24,000 nucleotides of DNA. Origin: Buttiauxella sp. (GTDB lineage: Bacteria; Pseudomonadota; Gammaproteobacteria; Enterobacterales; Enterobacteriaceae). Below the pieces are notes generated by a model, which had not been told where the DNA came from, searched no databases, and was given only the letters and a program-made list of their open reading frames with translations. The translations under genes and the position numbers were made by a program. Below, in pieces: positions 1 to 7,810 of the stretch; positions within the stretch are counted from its first letter, which is position 1, and every line of letters starts with the position of its first letter. The DNA lies in NCBI GenBank assembly GCA_036489025.1, contig DASXGN010000040.1:6619-30618 (forward strand). The letters run 5' to 3'.

Positions 1-1
1 T

Positions 2-754
2 CCGCTGCTGCTTTGCGTGCTGTGGTCAGGTTTTGCCTGCGCGGCGCCGGTCAAAAAGACGGCTGTTAAAAAAGCGACGTCGGCCGCTCAGATGCATGAT
101 AAAGATGCCCGTGAGCGCATGCGTAACCGTGCGAAACTCCTCACATTAAGAAAAAATAAGCTGGCCGTGGTGCCGCCTACGCCCGAACAAAAGCGCCGTG
201 AAGCCGCCGAGAAACTGGCCCGGCGCCTGCAAAATCGTGAGCAGCTCGCCATGCATGCCCGCTGGAAACCGGGCCGCTTCGGCAGCTCGGACGCGCTGCT
301 GCCGCTGCCGACGGAAGAGCTCATGGCGGAGATGAGCAGCCCGCGCGTCGAGTCCACCATTCATAAAGTGATTCATCGGCTCAAGCAGCAGCTGGGCAAG
401 CCTTACGTCTGGGGCGGGCAAACGCCGACCCAGGGGTTCGACTGTAGCGGTCTGGTCTACTTCGCCTATAACCAGCTGCTGAGTAAGAAACTGCCGCGCA
501 CCGCCGACGGCATGTTCAACGATCGCGGCCTTAAGCACGTGCCGCAGGAAGCATTACGCCGGGGTGACCTGATCTTCTTCCAGATAAAATCGCGTGAAAA
601 AGCCGACCATGTAGGCGTTTATTTAGGGGACGGGCAGTTTATTGAAGCGCCGCGCACGGGCCTGAATATTCGTATCAGCCAGCTGGGGGATAACTTCTGG
701 CAGGACCACTATCTGGGGGCCAAAAGAATACTGACCGAAGAGTCGATTTTATAA
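2..754 (+). CDS. NlpC/P60-family peptidoglycan endopeptidase (MepH/YdhO-like); 5' end cut by the window edge
   Basis: The frame stays open back to position 2 (..PLLLCVLWSGFACAAP looks like the end of a signal peptide), so the true start lies upstream. The GTG at 17 in the ORF track is probably internal. The C-terminal half has the NlpC/P60 core: GKPYVWGG, GFDCSGLVYFAY (Cys nucleophile) and ADHVGVYLGDGQFIEAP (His). It aligns by eye with E. coli YdhO/MepH through to the C-terminus. Confidence 0.85.
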   Translation, partial: PLLLCVLWSGFACAAPVKKTAVKKATSAAQMHDKDARERMRNRAKLLTLRKNKLAVVPPTPEQKRREAAEKLARRLQNREQLAMHARWKPGRFGSSDALLPLPTEELMAEMSSPRVESTIHKVIHRLKQQLGKPYVWGGQTPTQGFDCSGLVYFAYNQLLSKKLPRTADGMFNDRGLKHVPQEALRRGDLIFFQIKSREKADHVGVYLGDGQFIEAPRTGLNIRISQLGDNFWQDHYLGAKRILTEESIL

Positions 755-757
755 CCG

Positions 758-847
758 CTACCAGCGTCGTTCGAGAAACAGCACCGCGCCGACCAGCACG
801 GCGAGAATAAAGATAAAGATCAGCATAATCACTATCTCTTCGTCCAT
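758..847 (-). CDS. Candidate 29-aa single-helix small membrane protein (hypothetical)
   Basis: Below the ORF-track size cut-off; read by hand. ATG at 847 to TAG at 758-760 gives MDEEIVIMLIFIFILAVLVGAVLFLERRW: acidic N-terminus, one uninterrupted hydrophobic helix, basic C-terminus. There is no convincing Shine-Dalgarno upstream (..CGGCCAGTCT-ATG). Confidence 0.25.
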   Translation of the reverse strand: MDEEIVIMLIFIFILAVLVGAVLFLERRW

Positions 848-940
848 AGACTGGCCGGGTTGTGAGGCAGACTTATTCAGTCTGGATCATGGCGCGGAGT
901 GGATAAATGATAGAAAAGTGTGATTGTGAGCACGAATTTT

Positions 941-968
941 TCCCTCTTCCCGGCACGGAGAAGAGGGG
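941..968. other. GC-rich hairpin just downstream of rnk (CCCTCTTC..GAAGAGGG)
   Basis: CCCTCTTC (942-949) pairs perfectly with GAAGAGGG (960-967). On the rnk (minus) transcript the stem is followed by AAAAAUU rather than a U-tract, so it is not a canonical intrinsic terminator. It belongs to the CCCTC/GAGGG hairpin family seen four times in this window. Confidence 0.4.
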
Positions 969-985
969 TGATCCCGGGCTGGATC

Positions 986-1396
986 TTAGCGATGGAACTC
1001 GCCCGCCGCCTCCGGCTGGAACTCCAGCGCCAGCACTTCGAGGTTCGTCTGGTTGCCGTTTGGCAGCGTCCAGTTAATGGTATTCCCCACTCGTAATCCC
1101 AACAGCGCCGCGCCGACCGGAGCCATAACGGACAGCTGACTCACGCTGTCTGTCAGGTTGGCCGGGTAAACCAGCGTGCGCACGTGCTCTTCGCCGGACG
1201 TTAAATCGCGGAACTTCACGCGGCTGTTCATCGTGACGACATCCGCAGGGATGCTTTCCGGGCTGCACATCTCAGCACGGTCCAGCTCTGCGTTCAGCGC
1301 CTGCGCGACCGGCAGGTTGGCGTACTGCGGCTGCTCCAGAAGGCGGTCGAGGCGTTCGGCATCGAGATCGTTAATGATGATGGCAGGTCTGGACAT
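986..1396 (-). CDS. rnk: Regulator of nucleoside diphosphate kinase (GreA/GreB-family, Rnk)
   Basis: [23 protein letters not shown]...[13 protein letters not shown]...[17 protein letters not shown]...[13 protein letters not shown] is near-colinear with E. coli Rnk (136 aa). I chose the start at ATG 1396, preceded by GGAGAG, rather than the track's upstream ATG at 1423, because it matches the E. coli N-terminus MSRP. Confidence 0.95.
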   Translation of the reverse strand: MSRPAIIINDLDAERLDRLLEQPQYANLPVAQALNAELDRAEMCSPESIPADVVTMNSRVKFRDLTSGEEHVRTLVYPANLTDSVSQLSVMAPVGAALLGLRVGNTINWTLPNGNQTNLEVLALEFQPEAAGEFHR

Positions 1397-1449
1397 AATT
1401 CTCTCCGTGTAAAAATCAGGCACTCATGTGCGTGGCGTAGAAACCGTAC

Positions 1450-1481
1450 AAAGAAAAACCCTCACCGTAAACGATGAGGGT
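1450..1481 (-). terminator. Rho-independent terminator of the GntP-family permease gene
   Basis: On the minus strand the sequence reads ACCCTCA-tcgtttacgg-TGAGGGT followed by TTTTTCTTTG. The 7-bp stem is at 1458-1464/1475-1481 and the U-tract at 1450-1457, about 77 nt downstream of the permease stop. Confidence 0.7.
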
Positions 1482-1557
1482 CTGGTCTGCTGTGATGATA
1501 CTGAGCTTAACCGGCGGTTAAAAGTGACCTCAATCACATTCCGGTATCACCAGCGAA

Positions 1558-2934
1558 TTACAGGATGATACTGCCTATCAGGGCAAACAGGAAGGCAATC
1601 GTCCCGATTAGCGTTTCCATTACCGTCCAGGTCTTCAGCGTGGTTTTTTCGTCCATTTCCAGGAAGCGGCCAACCAGCCAGAAACCGGAGTCGTTAACGT
1701 GGGACAGCACCGTGGCGCCGCCGGCAATGGCGATGACGATGAAGCACAGGTCGAACTGGCTCAGGCCGGTTGTCGCGGCAACCATCGGAGAAACCAGCGC
1801 GGCGGTGGTGGTTAACGCCACCGTAGCGGAACCCTGAGCCACGCGTAACGCGGTAGAGATGACGAACGCCGCCACAATCACCGGCATACCGGTGTCGGAA
1901 AGCACGCCCGCCAGCGCATCGCCGATGCCGCTGGCGCGCAGCACGCCACCGAACATGCCGCCTGCGCCTGTCACCAGGATAATGCCGCAGATAGGGCCCA
2001 GCGCGCCGTCACAGACTTTTTCCAGATGCTGGCGGCTGTGCTTGCCGCTAAAGACCATCAGCGCGAAGAACACGGTAATCAGCAGCGCAATTGGGGTTTT
2101 CCCCAGCATGCGCAGGAACTGCACCAGCGTGTTATCGGCGCTGACCCAGCCCAGCACGGTAGCGGTGTTCAGGCCGGTATCAAGGAAAATCAGCACCAGC
2201 GGCATCAGCAGGATGGACATCACCATGCCAAAAGACGGCGGCCGGTGGTTTTCATCCACTTCCATCTTGCCGAGGAAAGATGAAGGCAGCGGAATATCGA
2301 ATTTCTTACCGGCGTACAGGCCAAACAGATAAGCGCCGAGATACCAGGTGGGGATGGCGATAATCAGGCCAACCACAACCAGCAGGCCGATGTTCGCGCC
2401 CAGCAGTTCGCTGGCGGCAACCGGACCCGGATGCGGCGGCAGTAAAGCGTGCATCACGGCAAAAGCACCGGCGGCAGGCAGGGCGTATTTCAGCGTCGAG
2501 CCGCCGAACTGTTTTGCCACGCTGAAGATAATCGGCAGCATGACGACCAGACCCGCATCGAAGAAGATCGGGAAACCGAACAGCAGAGAGGCCACGCCCA
2601 GCGCAAAGGGCGCGCGCTGCGTGCCAAACGTATTGACCAGCGTATCGGCCAGCACTTTTGCCCCGCCGGAGATTTCCAACAGGCGGCCAATCATTGCGCC
2701 GAGGCCGACCAGCAGCGCTACGCCTGCCAGCGTGCTGCCAAAACCGGTCAGCAGGGTTGGGACAACTTTATCGAAGGGAACGCCCGTGACCAGGGCAACG
2801 ACGGCGCTCACCAGGGTTAGGGCTAAGAAAGCATGCACCTTGAAGCGCATGATAAGTAAGAGCAGAAGTAAAACTGCACAGGCCGCAATCCCTAGCAGTG
2901 TTCCTGCACCATAACTGGCTGTAATTTCGGTCAT
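1558..2934 (-). CDS. GntP-family (gluconate/sugar-acid:H+) permease, 458 aa
   Basis: Polytopic membrane protein that matches E. coli GntT/GntP-type permeases by eye (..IMRFKVHAFLALTLV.., ..HALLPPHPGP.., ..SHVNDSGFWLV..). The start ATG at 2934 is preceded by GAGGAT. GntR-type operators lie upstream. The exact substrate is unknown. Confidence 0.9.
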   Translation of the reverse strand: MTEITASYGAGTLLGIAACAVLLLLLLIMRFKVHAFLALTLVSAVVALVTGVPFDKVVPTLLTGFGSTLAGVALLVGLGAMIGRLLEISGGAKVLADTLVNTFGTQRAPFALGVASLLFGFPIFFDAGLVVMLPIIFSVAKQFGGSTLKYALPAAGAFAVMHALLPPHPGPVAASELLGANIGLLVVVGLIIAIPTWYLGAYLFGLYAGKKFDIPLPSSFLGKMEVDENHRPPSFGMVMSILLMPLVLIFLDTGLNTATVLGWVSADNTLVQFLRMLGKTPIALLITVFFALMVFSGKHSRQHLEKVCDGALGPICGIILVTGAGGMFGGVLRASGIGDALAGVLSDTGMPVIVAAFVISTALRVAQGSATVALTTTAALVSPMVAATTGLSQFDLCFIVIAIAGGATVLSHVNDSGFWLVGRFLEMDEKTTLKTWTVMETLIGTIAFLFALIGSIIL

Positions 2935-2961
2935 ATATTTTATCCTCGGGCCGAATTTTCA

Positions 2962-2989
2962 GGCAAATCTACTGGGTCAGCGATTTGCC
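2962..2989. promoter_or_regulatory. Inverted repeat / leader hairpin GGCAAATC-N12-GATTTGCC upstream of the permease start
   Basis: Perfect 8-bp arms at 2962-2969 and 2982-2989, with an inner CTG..CAG pair set at 2972-2974 and 2978-2980. It lies 28-55 nt upstream of the permease ATG. It could be an operator or a 5'-UTR structure; function unknown. Confidence 0.35.
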
Positions 2990-2994
2990 ACTGT

Positions 2995-3024
2995 CTGATA
3001 CCGGTAACATGATATCGGTAACAT
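2995..3024 (-). promoter_or_regulatory. Two abutting GntR-type operators (ATGTTA-N4-TAACAT-like)
   Basis: Read on the minus strand: ATGTTACCGATATCAT (3024-3009) and ATGTTACCGGTATCAG (3010-2995). Both closely resemble the E. coli GntR (LacI-family gluconate repressor) operator consensus ATGTTA-N4-TAACAT as I recall it. They lie 61-90 nt upstream of the GntP-family permease start. Confidence 0.6.
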
Positions 3025-3220
3025 TACGCGTTCGGGAACGGGGGCTGTCATATTTGTTAACATTTTGCGAGCCGCTTCAAACTATCGAAATAAACAGGCC
3101 GGAATGCGATCCCGCGAATTGCCGACGACAAATAAACCTGCCATGCGGCGGATTTGCATTACCCTTTATAGGCACGTTTCGCCTGCGCCTGGCGCGGTCC
3201 TCACCTGAACGGGAGATAGC

Positions 3221-4051
3221 ATGAGCCATTACGACAAACTCACCCTGAAAGACGGCAGTACGCTTTACTTTAAAGACTGGGGGGAAGGGCAGCCGGTGGT
3301 ATTCAGCCACGGCTGGCCGCTGACAGCGGATGCTTTTGAAGATCAGATGTTTTTCCTCGGGCAGAAAGGCTTCCGGGTGATTGCCCATGACAGACGTGCG
3401 CACGGTCGTTCGTCGCAGTCCTGGACGGGCCACAATCTGGATAGCTATGCCGACGACCTGGCCGAGCTGACGGCGCATCTGAATCTGAAAGATGCGGTGC
3501 ACGTCGGGCATTCAACCGGCGGGGGCGAAGTTGCCCGCTATATCGGCCGCCACGGCACCGGCCGCGTGGCGAAAGCCGTGCTGATTGGGGCGATTACGCC
3601 AATTATGGTCAAGACCGACTTCAATCCCAACGGCGTGCCGCTTGAGGTATTTGACGGCATTCGCGAAGGCGTGCGCAGCGACCGGGCGCAGTTCTTTAAA
3701 GATCTGACCATGGCTTTTTACGGCTACAACCGCGACGGGGCGAAGATTTCAGAAGGCGTGCGGGAAAGCTTTGTCGCCCAGGGCATGCAGGGATCGATAA
3801 AAGGAATGTACGACTGCATAAAGGCCTTCTCGGAAACCGATCTGCGTGAAGATCTGAAGAAAATGACCGTGCCGACGCTGGTCATTCACGGCGACGACGA
3901 TCAGATTGTGCCCTTTGAAACCTGCGGCAAAGTTGCGGCCCAGATGCTGCCGGACGCCGAGCTGAAGGTTTATCAAGGCGGCTCGCACGGCATCTGCACC
4001 ACCGAGAAAGATCGGATTAACCAGGATCTGCTGGCGTTTCTTAAAGGGTAA
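3221..4051 (+). CDS. Alpha/beta-hydrolase of the non-haem haloperoxidase / aryl-esterase (perhydrolase) type, 276 aa
   Basis: A typical family sequence: FSHGWPL.., nucleophile elbow GHSTGG (Ser98), GDDDQIVP (Asp) and GGSHG (His). Length and motif order match bacterial cofactor-free chloroperoxidases/esterases. The Shine-Dalgarno GGGAG lies 6 nt before the ATG. Confidence 0.85.
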   Translation: MSHYDKLTLKDGSTLYFKDWGEGQPVVFSHGWPLTADAFEDQMFFLGQKGFRVIAHDRRAHGRSSQSWTGHNLDSYADDLAELTAHLNLKDAVHVGHSTGGGEVARYIGRHGTGRVAKAVLIGAITPIMVKTDFNPNGVPLEVFDGIREGVRSDRAQFFKDLTMAFYGYNRDGAKISEGVRESFVAQGMQGSIKGMYDCIKAFSETDLREDLKKMTVPTLVIHGDDDQIVPFETCGKVAAQMLPDAELKVYQGGSHGICTTEKDRINQDLLAFLKG

Positions 4052-4070
4052 ACTGCGGCATCGGATGGTT

Positions 4071-4099
4071 TTCTCCCTCTCCGGCCGGAGAGGGAAGAA
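4071..4099. terminator. Strong hairpin between the convergent hydrolase gene and the 49-aa ORF (possible bidirectional terminator)
   Basis: TTCTCCCTCTCC-GGCC-GGAGAGGGA(A)GAA forms about 12 bp with one bulged A. There is no clean U-tract on either strand (the plus strand continues UAUCCCUU), so terminator function is plausible but not canonical. Member of the CCCTC/GAGGG hairpin family. Confidence 0.4.
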
Positions 4100-4119
4100 T
4101 ATCCCTTCAGCGGCGGCGG

Positions 4120-4269
4120 CTACTTTTCCGCTACCGGTAACATAATCTCCTTTAAAATCTCATAGCGCTGCTGGGGCGAAAGCCAAATCGGTCCCAGCAG
4201 TTTATGGGGTTTACCTTCGCGCAGGAACTGGGCTTTGAGCTGCAACAAATAGCGTTTAGTGGCGTTCAT
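4120..4269 (-). CDS. Unannotated 49-aa basic protein (hypothetical)
   Basis: Below the ORF-track cut-off; read by hand. GGGAGGTCAAT-ATG (start 4269) to TAG (4120-4122) gives MNATKRYLLQLKAQFLREGKPHKLLGPIWLSPQQRYEILKEIMLPVAEK. It has a near-consensus Shine-Dalgarno at ideal spacing, sits in its own intergenic slot, and is followed by the 4071-4099 hairpin. I recognise no family. Confidence 0.5.
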   Translation of the reverse strand: MNATKRYLLQLKAQFLREGKPHKLLGPIWLSPQQRYEILKEIMLPVAEK

Positions 4270-4427
4270 ATTGACCTCCCTATTTCATCAGGCAAATCTT
4301 AGGTTGGTAAATACGGAACAAATAGTGATGTGATTATTTATTGTGTTCAGTGTTTGTGGGGTAGGGTTTGCTTTGGCATTCAAGTAATCTGGCTGTTCGC
4401 CTAATCTGCAACGGGGAATGTCAGGCT

Positions 4428-5288
4428 ATGCTACCGGTTGAACAACGTTTTTTTGCCGATTTACTCAGCGGCGTGGTGCTCAATCCCGCCCAGTTGAAGC
4501 GCTGCTGGTTTGCCCGTCCGCACGCCAGCGCGCCCGCCGGAAGCTACAGCGTCGCTTATCCGCGGCTGGAAATCGTGCTGCGCGGCGAATACAGCAATCT
4601 GCTGGAGCCGCAGCAAAAAGCCATCGCCCAGGGCGAGATGCTGTTTATTCCCGGCGCGGGAGTTAATCAGCCGGGATGGCAAAAAGATGTGCTGCTGCTG
4701 GGGATTGTCTTTGCTCCGGCGTGGATGAGTTTGACCTTTCACGATAAGCGCGGTGCGCAGCCAGGTTTCGTCCGCATGCGTAAATTCGACATGCCGCATT
4801 TTACCCGCAGCGAACTGGGCCATATTTTACAGGCGCTCGGCAGCCTGGCTTCCCGTCCGGACGAGCAGGCCATTATTCAGCCGCTGTGCCTGAGCCTGCT
4901 GCACGTCTGCCGGGAGATCCTGACCGCGCCAGCCAGCGTCAAACAGCCGCGCGGCGCATTTTTGTATCAGAGTATCTGCACCTGGCTTGAAGATAATTAC
5001 GCGCGTGAGCTGACGCGTGAAAACACCGCCGCTTTTTTCAATATCACCGGCAACCATCTCTCCCGCCTGTTTCATCAGCAGGGCTCCAGGGGATTCGTCG
5101 ACTACTTACGCTGGGTGCGAATGGGCAAAGCGAAGATTATTCTGCAAAAATATAATCTTACCGTGCAGGAGGTGGCGCGCCGCTGCGGCTATCCTGACGG
5201 AGATTATTTCTCCCGCCTTTTCAAGCGGGAGTTTGGCGTGACGCCCGGCGAATACCGGGATCGGTTCTTGCTGTCTTATGAGGTTTAA
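4428..5288 (+). CDS. ypdC: AraC/XylS-family transcriptional regulator, YpdC-like (286 aa)
   Basis: The C-terminus carries a double helix-turn-helix typical of AraC/XylS proteins (..FNITGNHLSRLFHQQ.. and ..VQEVARRCGYPDGDYFSRLFKREFGVTPGEYR). It lies convergent with fryA exactly as ypdC does in E. coli K-12. I chose ATG 4428 (286 aa versus 285 aa for E. coli YpdC) over the track's TTG at 4368. Confidence 0.8.
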   Translation: MLPVEQRFFADLLSGVVLNPAQLKRCWFARPHASAPAGSYSVAYPRLEIVLRGEYSNLLEPQQKAIAQGEMLFIPGAGVNQPGWQKDVLLLGIVFAPAWMSLTFHDKRGAQPGFVRMRKFDMPHFTRSELGHILQALGSLASRPDEQAIIQPLCLSLLHVCREILTAPASVKQPRGAFLYQSICTWLEDNYARELTRENTAAFFNITGNHLSRLFHQQGSRGFVDYLRWVRMGKAKIILQKYNLTVQEVARRCGYPDGDYFSRLFKREFGVTPGEYRDRFLLSYEV

Positions 5289-7780
5289 AAGGCCAGCTCG
5301 CTTTCCAGCAGGGCCAGCATGCTCCCGGCGTCCGGGGCGCTAAATAGCGCCTGGCGGAAGGCCTTATTCATCAGCTTACGCGCCAACTGGGAAAACACCT
5401 TCACGTGATTGATCCCTTCGTTGGCCCCCAGCGTCAGCATAATCACCAGCTCCACTTCCCCCATCTCCGACTCCCAGTCAATCGGCTGCGGCAGGCGCGC
5501 AATGCTGATGCTGGAATGCTGAATATGCGTCGATTTGGTGTGCGGAATAGCCACGCCGAAGCCGACGGCGGTGGTGACTATCTCCTCGCGCTGCCAGACG
5601 TCTTCCTCCAGCTCTAGCGGGCTGGCGGTGCGCCCGTGGATGGCTAAATTGCCGCACAGGAACTGAATCACCTGCTCTTTGCGGCTGAAGTTTGCGGGGA
5701 TAAAAATATTCTCTTTGGCTAACAGCGGCCTGTGCTGTTGCGGCAGTTGGAAGGCGTCGAGCTGCTCTTCGATTTGCGCGCTGGAGCGGCATTCGCACAG
5801 GACAGCGGCCAGTTCGCGGCAGTCGGGCAGGTCCAACTGGCGCAGCAGCGATTTGGCGGCGGGCAGGCGGGTACTGCTCATGCTGAGCTCGTCGATGCCG
5901 AGGCCCAGCAGCAGGGGAAGATAGCGGGTCTCGCCGCCCAGCTCGCCGCAGATCCCCACCCAGCGGCCACGTCGGTGCGCAACGTCGATAATCTGACGCA
6001 GCATGCGCAGGAACGACGGCGTGATCGGGTTATAAAGATGCGCCACCTTCGGGTTATTGCGATCCACGGCGTACAGATACTGCGTCATATCGTTGGAGCC
6101 GATGCTGAAGAAATCCACTTCGTCGCAGAAATGGTCGATGATAAAACACACCGACGGCACTTCGACCATAATGCCCAGCTCAATGCTCGGGGCGTGGCGC
6201 AGCCCGGCTTCTTTTAGCGCGGCCAGCGCGGCGGTAATCTGCTGCTTCACCCACAGGATCTCATCCAGCGTATGCACCATCGGGATCATCAGCCGGGCGT
6301 GTCCCCAGGCCGCGGCGCGCAGAATGGCGCGCAGCTGAACGGTAAACAGTCCGGTAAATTCTGGATAAATACGCACCGCGCGATAGCCGAGGAACGGATT
6401 TTCCTCCTCGCCGATATTCAGATAGCTGATTTTCTTATCGCCGCCGATATCCATGGTGCGGAAGATAACCGGCCGTTCGCCCGCGTCCAGCAGCACCTGC
6501 TGATAGGCTTCAAACTGCTCCTGCTCGTCCGGGGCGGCGTCGCGATCCATAAACAGCATTTCGGTGCGGAACAGGCCGATGCCTTCCGCGCCGTTGGCAA
6601 AGGCCGCCGGTGCCTCCAGCGCGCTGCCGATATTGGCGGCAAGCTCAAGCTCGGTGCCGTCTTTGGTGGCGGCCTTCAGGCCCGCCGTTTCCAGCTGGTA
6701 GCGCTGGCGTTTTTGGGCCAGATCCCCGGCTACCCGGTAGTAATCCTGCACCGCGCCGCTGGCCTCGATGACCAGCACGCCGCTGTCGGCGTCGACAAAG
6801 ACCGGCTCTCCGGCCAGATACTGTAGCCGATCGATTTCAATGCCGCTGAGCACCGGCACGCCGGCGGCGCGGGCGAGGATCAGCGTATGCGAAGTGCGTC
6901 CGGTTTTCGCCAGCACCATGCCCTGCAAAAAACGCTTATCAATACTGAGGAACTGGCTGGGGGTAATGTCGTCGGCCACCAGCACGGTCGGCGCGATCGG
7001 GCGGATAGATTTGCTGGCCGTCACCTGCGGATAGGCAATGTGCAGCAGGCGGGCGGTAATATCCTGAATATCGGAAACGCGCTCGCGCAGGTAGGCGCTG
7101 GCAGACTGCGCAAGCTTGCCGCAGACCTCGTTCATATTTTCGATCGCCGCCGCGCCGAGGCTCAGGCGTTGCCGGGTCATCCGGCGGCGAATATTCCCCG
7201 CAAACTCGCTGTCCTGAATCAGCGACAGGTGGGCGTTGATGATGGTTTTGCTCTGCCCGTCCAGCGCCTGTAGCTGCACGTTAAGCTGTTCGGCAAGCGT
7301 CGCCAGGCTGTGTTCGAGCTGCGTATTGTCCTGCGCGCTGGCGGGCTGCTGGCGATAGGCCTCGAGGCTGGTCGGGCGGTAAATCATTACCCTGCCTTCG
7401 CCAATGCCCGGCGCCATGCCGCCGCCGTGAATAAGCGTGGGGTTCAGACGCAGAAGCGAGCGGGGCAGAGGCCGTGTGCTGTCGGCGATTTCAGCGTGCA
7501 CATCGCTGTCGCTGTCGGCAAAACGCTGCTGAATATACGGTTCAAGCCTGCGTCGCGCCTGCTCTTCGTCGGCGCCTTTAATCTCCAGGCTGCACGAGTC
7601 GTTAAACAGCGTGCCGGTGCCAATCAGCGCCAGCGAGCTTTTGGCATCCACCCGCAGATTAAGGCGATGGTTCACAAAGGTTATTTCGCTGCCGAACGGC
7701 AGGCACTGCTCTTTTAGCTCCCAGGCGGGGCGGGCGTGCAGGCCGTTGGGCAACGGGCAGAGAAATTCAATTTTTAGCAT
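5285..7780 (-). CDS. fryA: Multiphosphoryl transfer protein: HPr - Enzyme I - fructose-type EIIA fusion (831 aa)
   Basis: N-terminal HPr domain (PNGLHARPA, His15). Central PEP-utilising Enzyme I (GRTSHTLILARAAGVP, SIGSNDMTQY, GICGELGGE). C-terminal PTS EIIA type 2 (GFGVAIPHTKS). Same length (831 aa) and domain order as E. coli FryA (YpdD). AGGAG lies before the ATG at 7780. Confidence 0.93.
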   Translation of the reverse strand: MLKIEFLCPLPNGLHARPAWELKEQCLPFGSEITFVNHRLNLRVDAKSSLALIGTGTLFNDSCSLEIKGADEEQARRRLEPYIQQRFADSDSDVHAEIADSTRPLPRSLLRLNPTLIHGGGMAPGIGEGRVMIYRPTSLEAYRQQPASAQDNTQLEHSLATLAEQLNVQLQALDGQSKTIINAHLSLIQDSEFAGNIRRRMTRQRLSLGAAAIENMNEVCGKLAQSASAYLRERVSDIQDITARLLHIAYPQVTASKSIRPIAPTVLVADDITPSQFLSIDKRFLQGMVLAKTGRTSHTLILARAAGVPVLSGIEIDRLQYLAGEPVFVDADSGVLVIEASGAVQDYYRVAGDLAQKRQRYQLETAGLKAATKDGTELELAANIGSALEAPAAFANGAEGIGLFRTEMLFMDRDAAPDEQEQFEAYQQVLLDAGERPVIFRTMDIGGDKKISYLNIGEEENPFLGYRAVRIYPEFTGLFTVQLRAILRAAAWGHARLMIPMVHTLDEILWVKQQITAALAALKEAGLRHAPSIELGIMVEVPSVCFIIDHFCDEVDFFSIGSNDMTQYLYAVDRNNPKVAHLYNPITPSFLRMLRQIIDVAHRRGRWVGICGELGGETRYLPLLLGLGIDELSMSSTRLPAAKSLLRQLDLPDCRELAAVLCECRSSAQIEEQLDAFQLPQQHRPLLAKENIFIPANFSRKEQVIQFLCGNLAIHGRTASPLELEEDVWQREEIVTTAVGFGVAIPHTKSTHIQHSSISIARLPQPIDWESEMGEVELVIMLTLGANEGINHVKVFSQLARKLMNKAFRQALFSAPDAGSMLALLESELAF

Positions 7781-7810
7781 GACTACTCCTTGAATGACGG
7801 GACGTCCCGG

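Noticed and set aside
1507-1521. Perfect 15-bp palindrome TTAACCGGCGGTTAA between the permease stop and its terminator.
   Set aside because: It could be a protein-binding site, but it is a single copy in a 3' untranslated position, with nothing else pointing to a function. I noted it only.
2985-3224. 79-aa plus-strand ORF filling the permease/hydrolase intergenic region.
   Set aside because: It has a TTG start with no Shine-Dalgarno, gives a Cys/Arg-rich implausible peptide, and covers the operator/promoter region. It ends by overlapping the well-supported hydrolase start. The region is better explained as a divergent control region.
4368-4427. Longer ypdC start (TTG 4368).
   Set aside because: ATG 4428 gives 286 aa, matching the 285-aa E. 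coli YpdC. The upstream extension uses a rare start codon and has no supporting signal.
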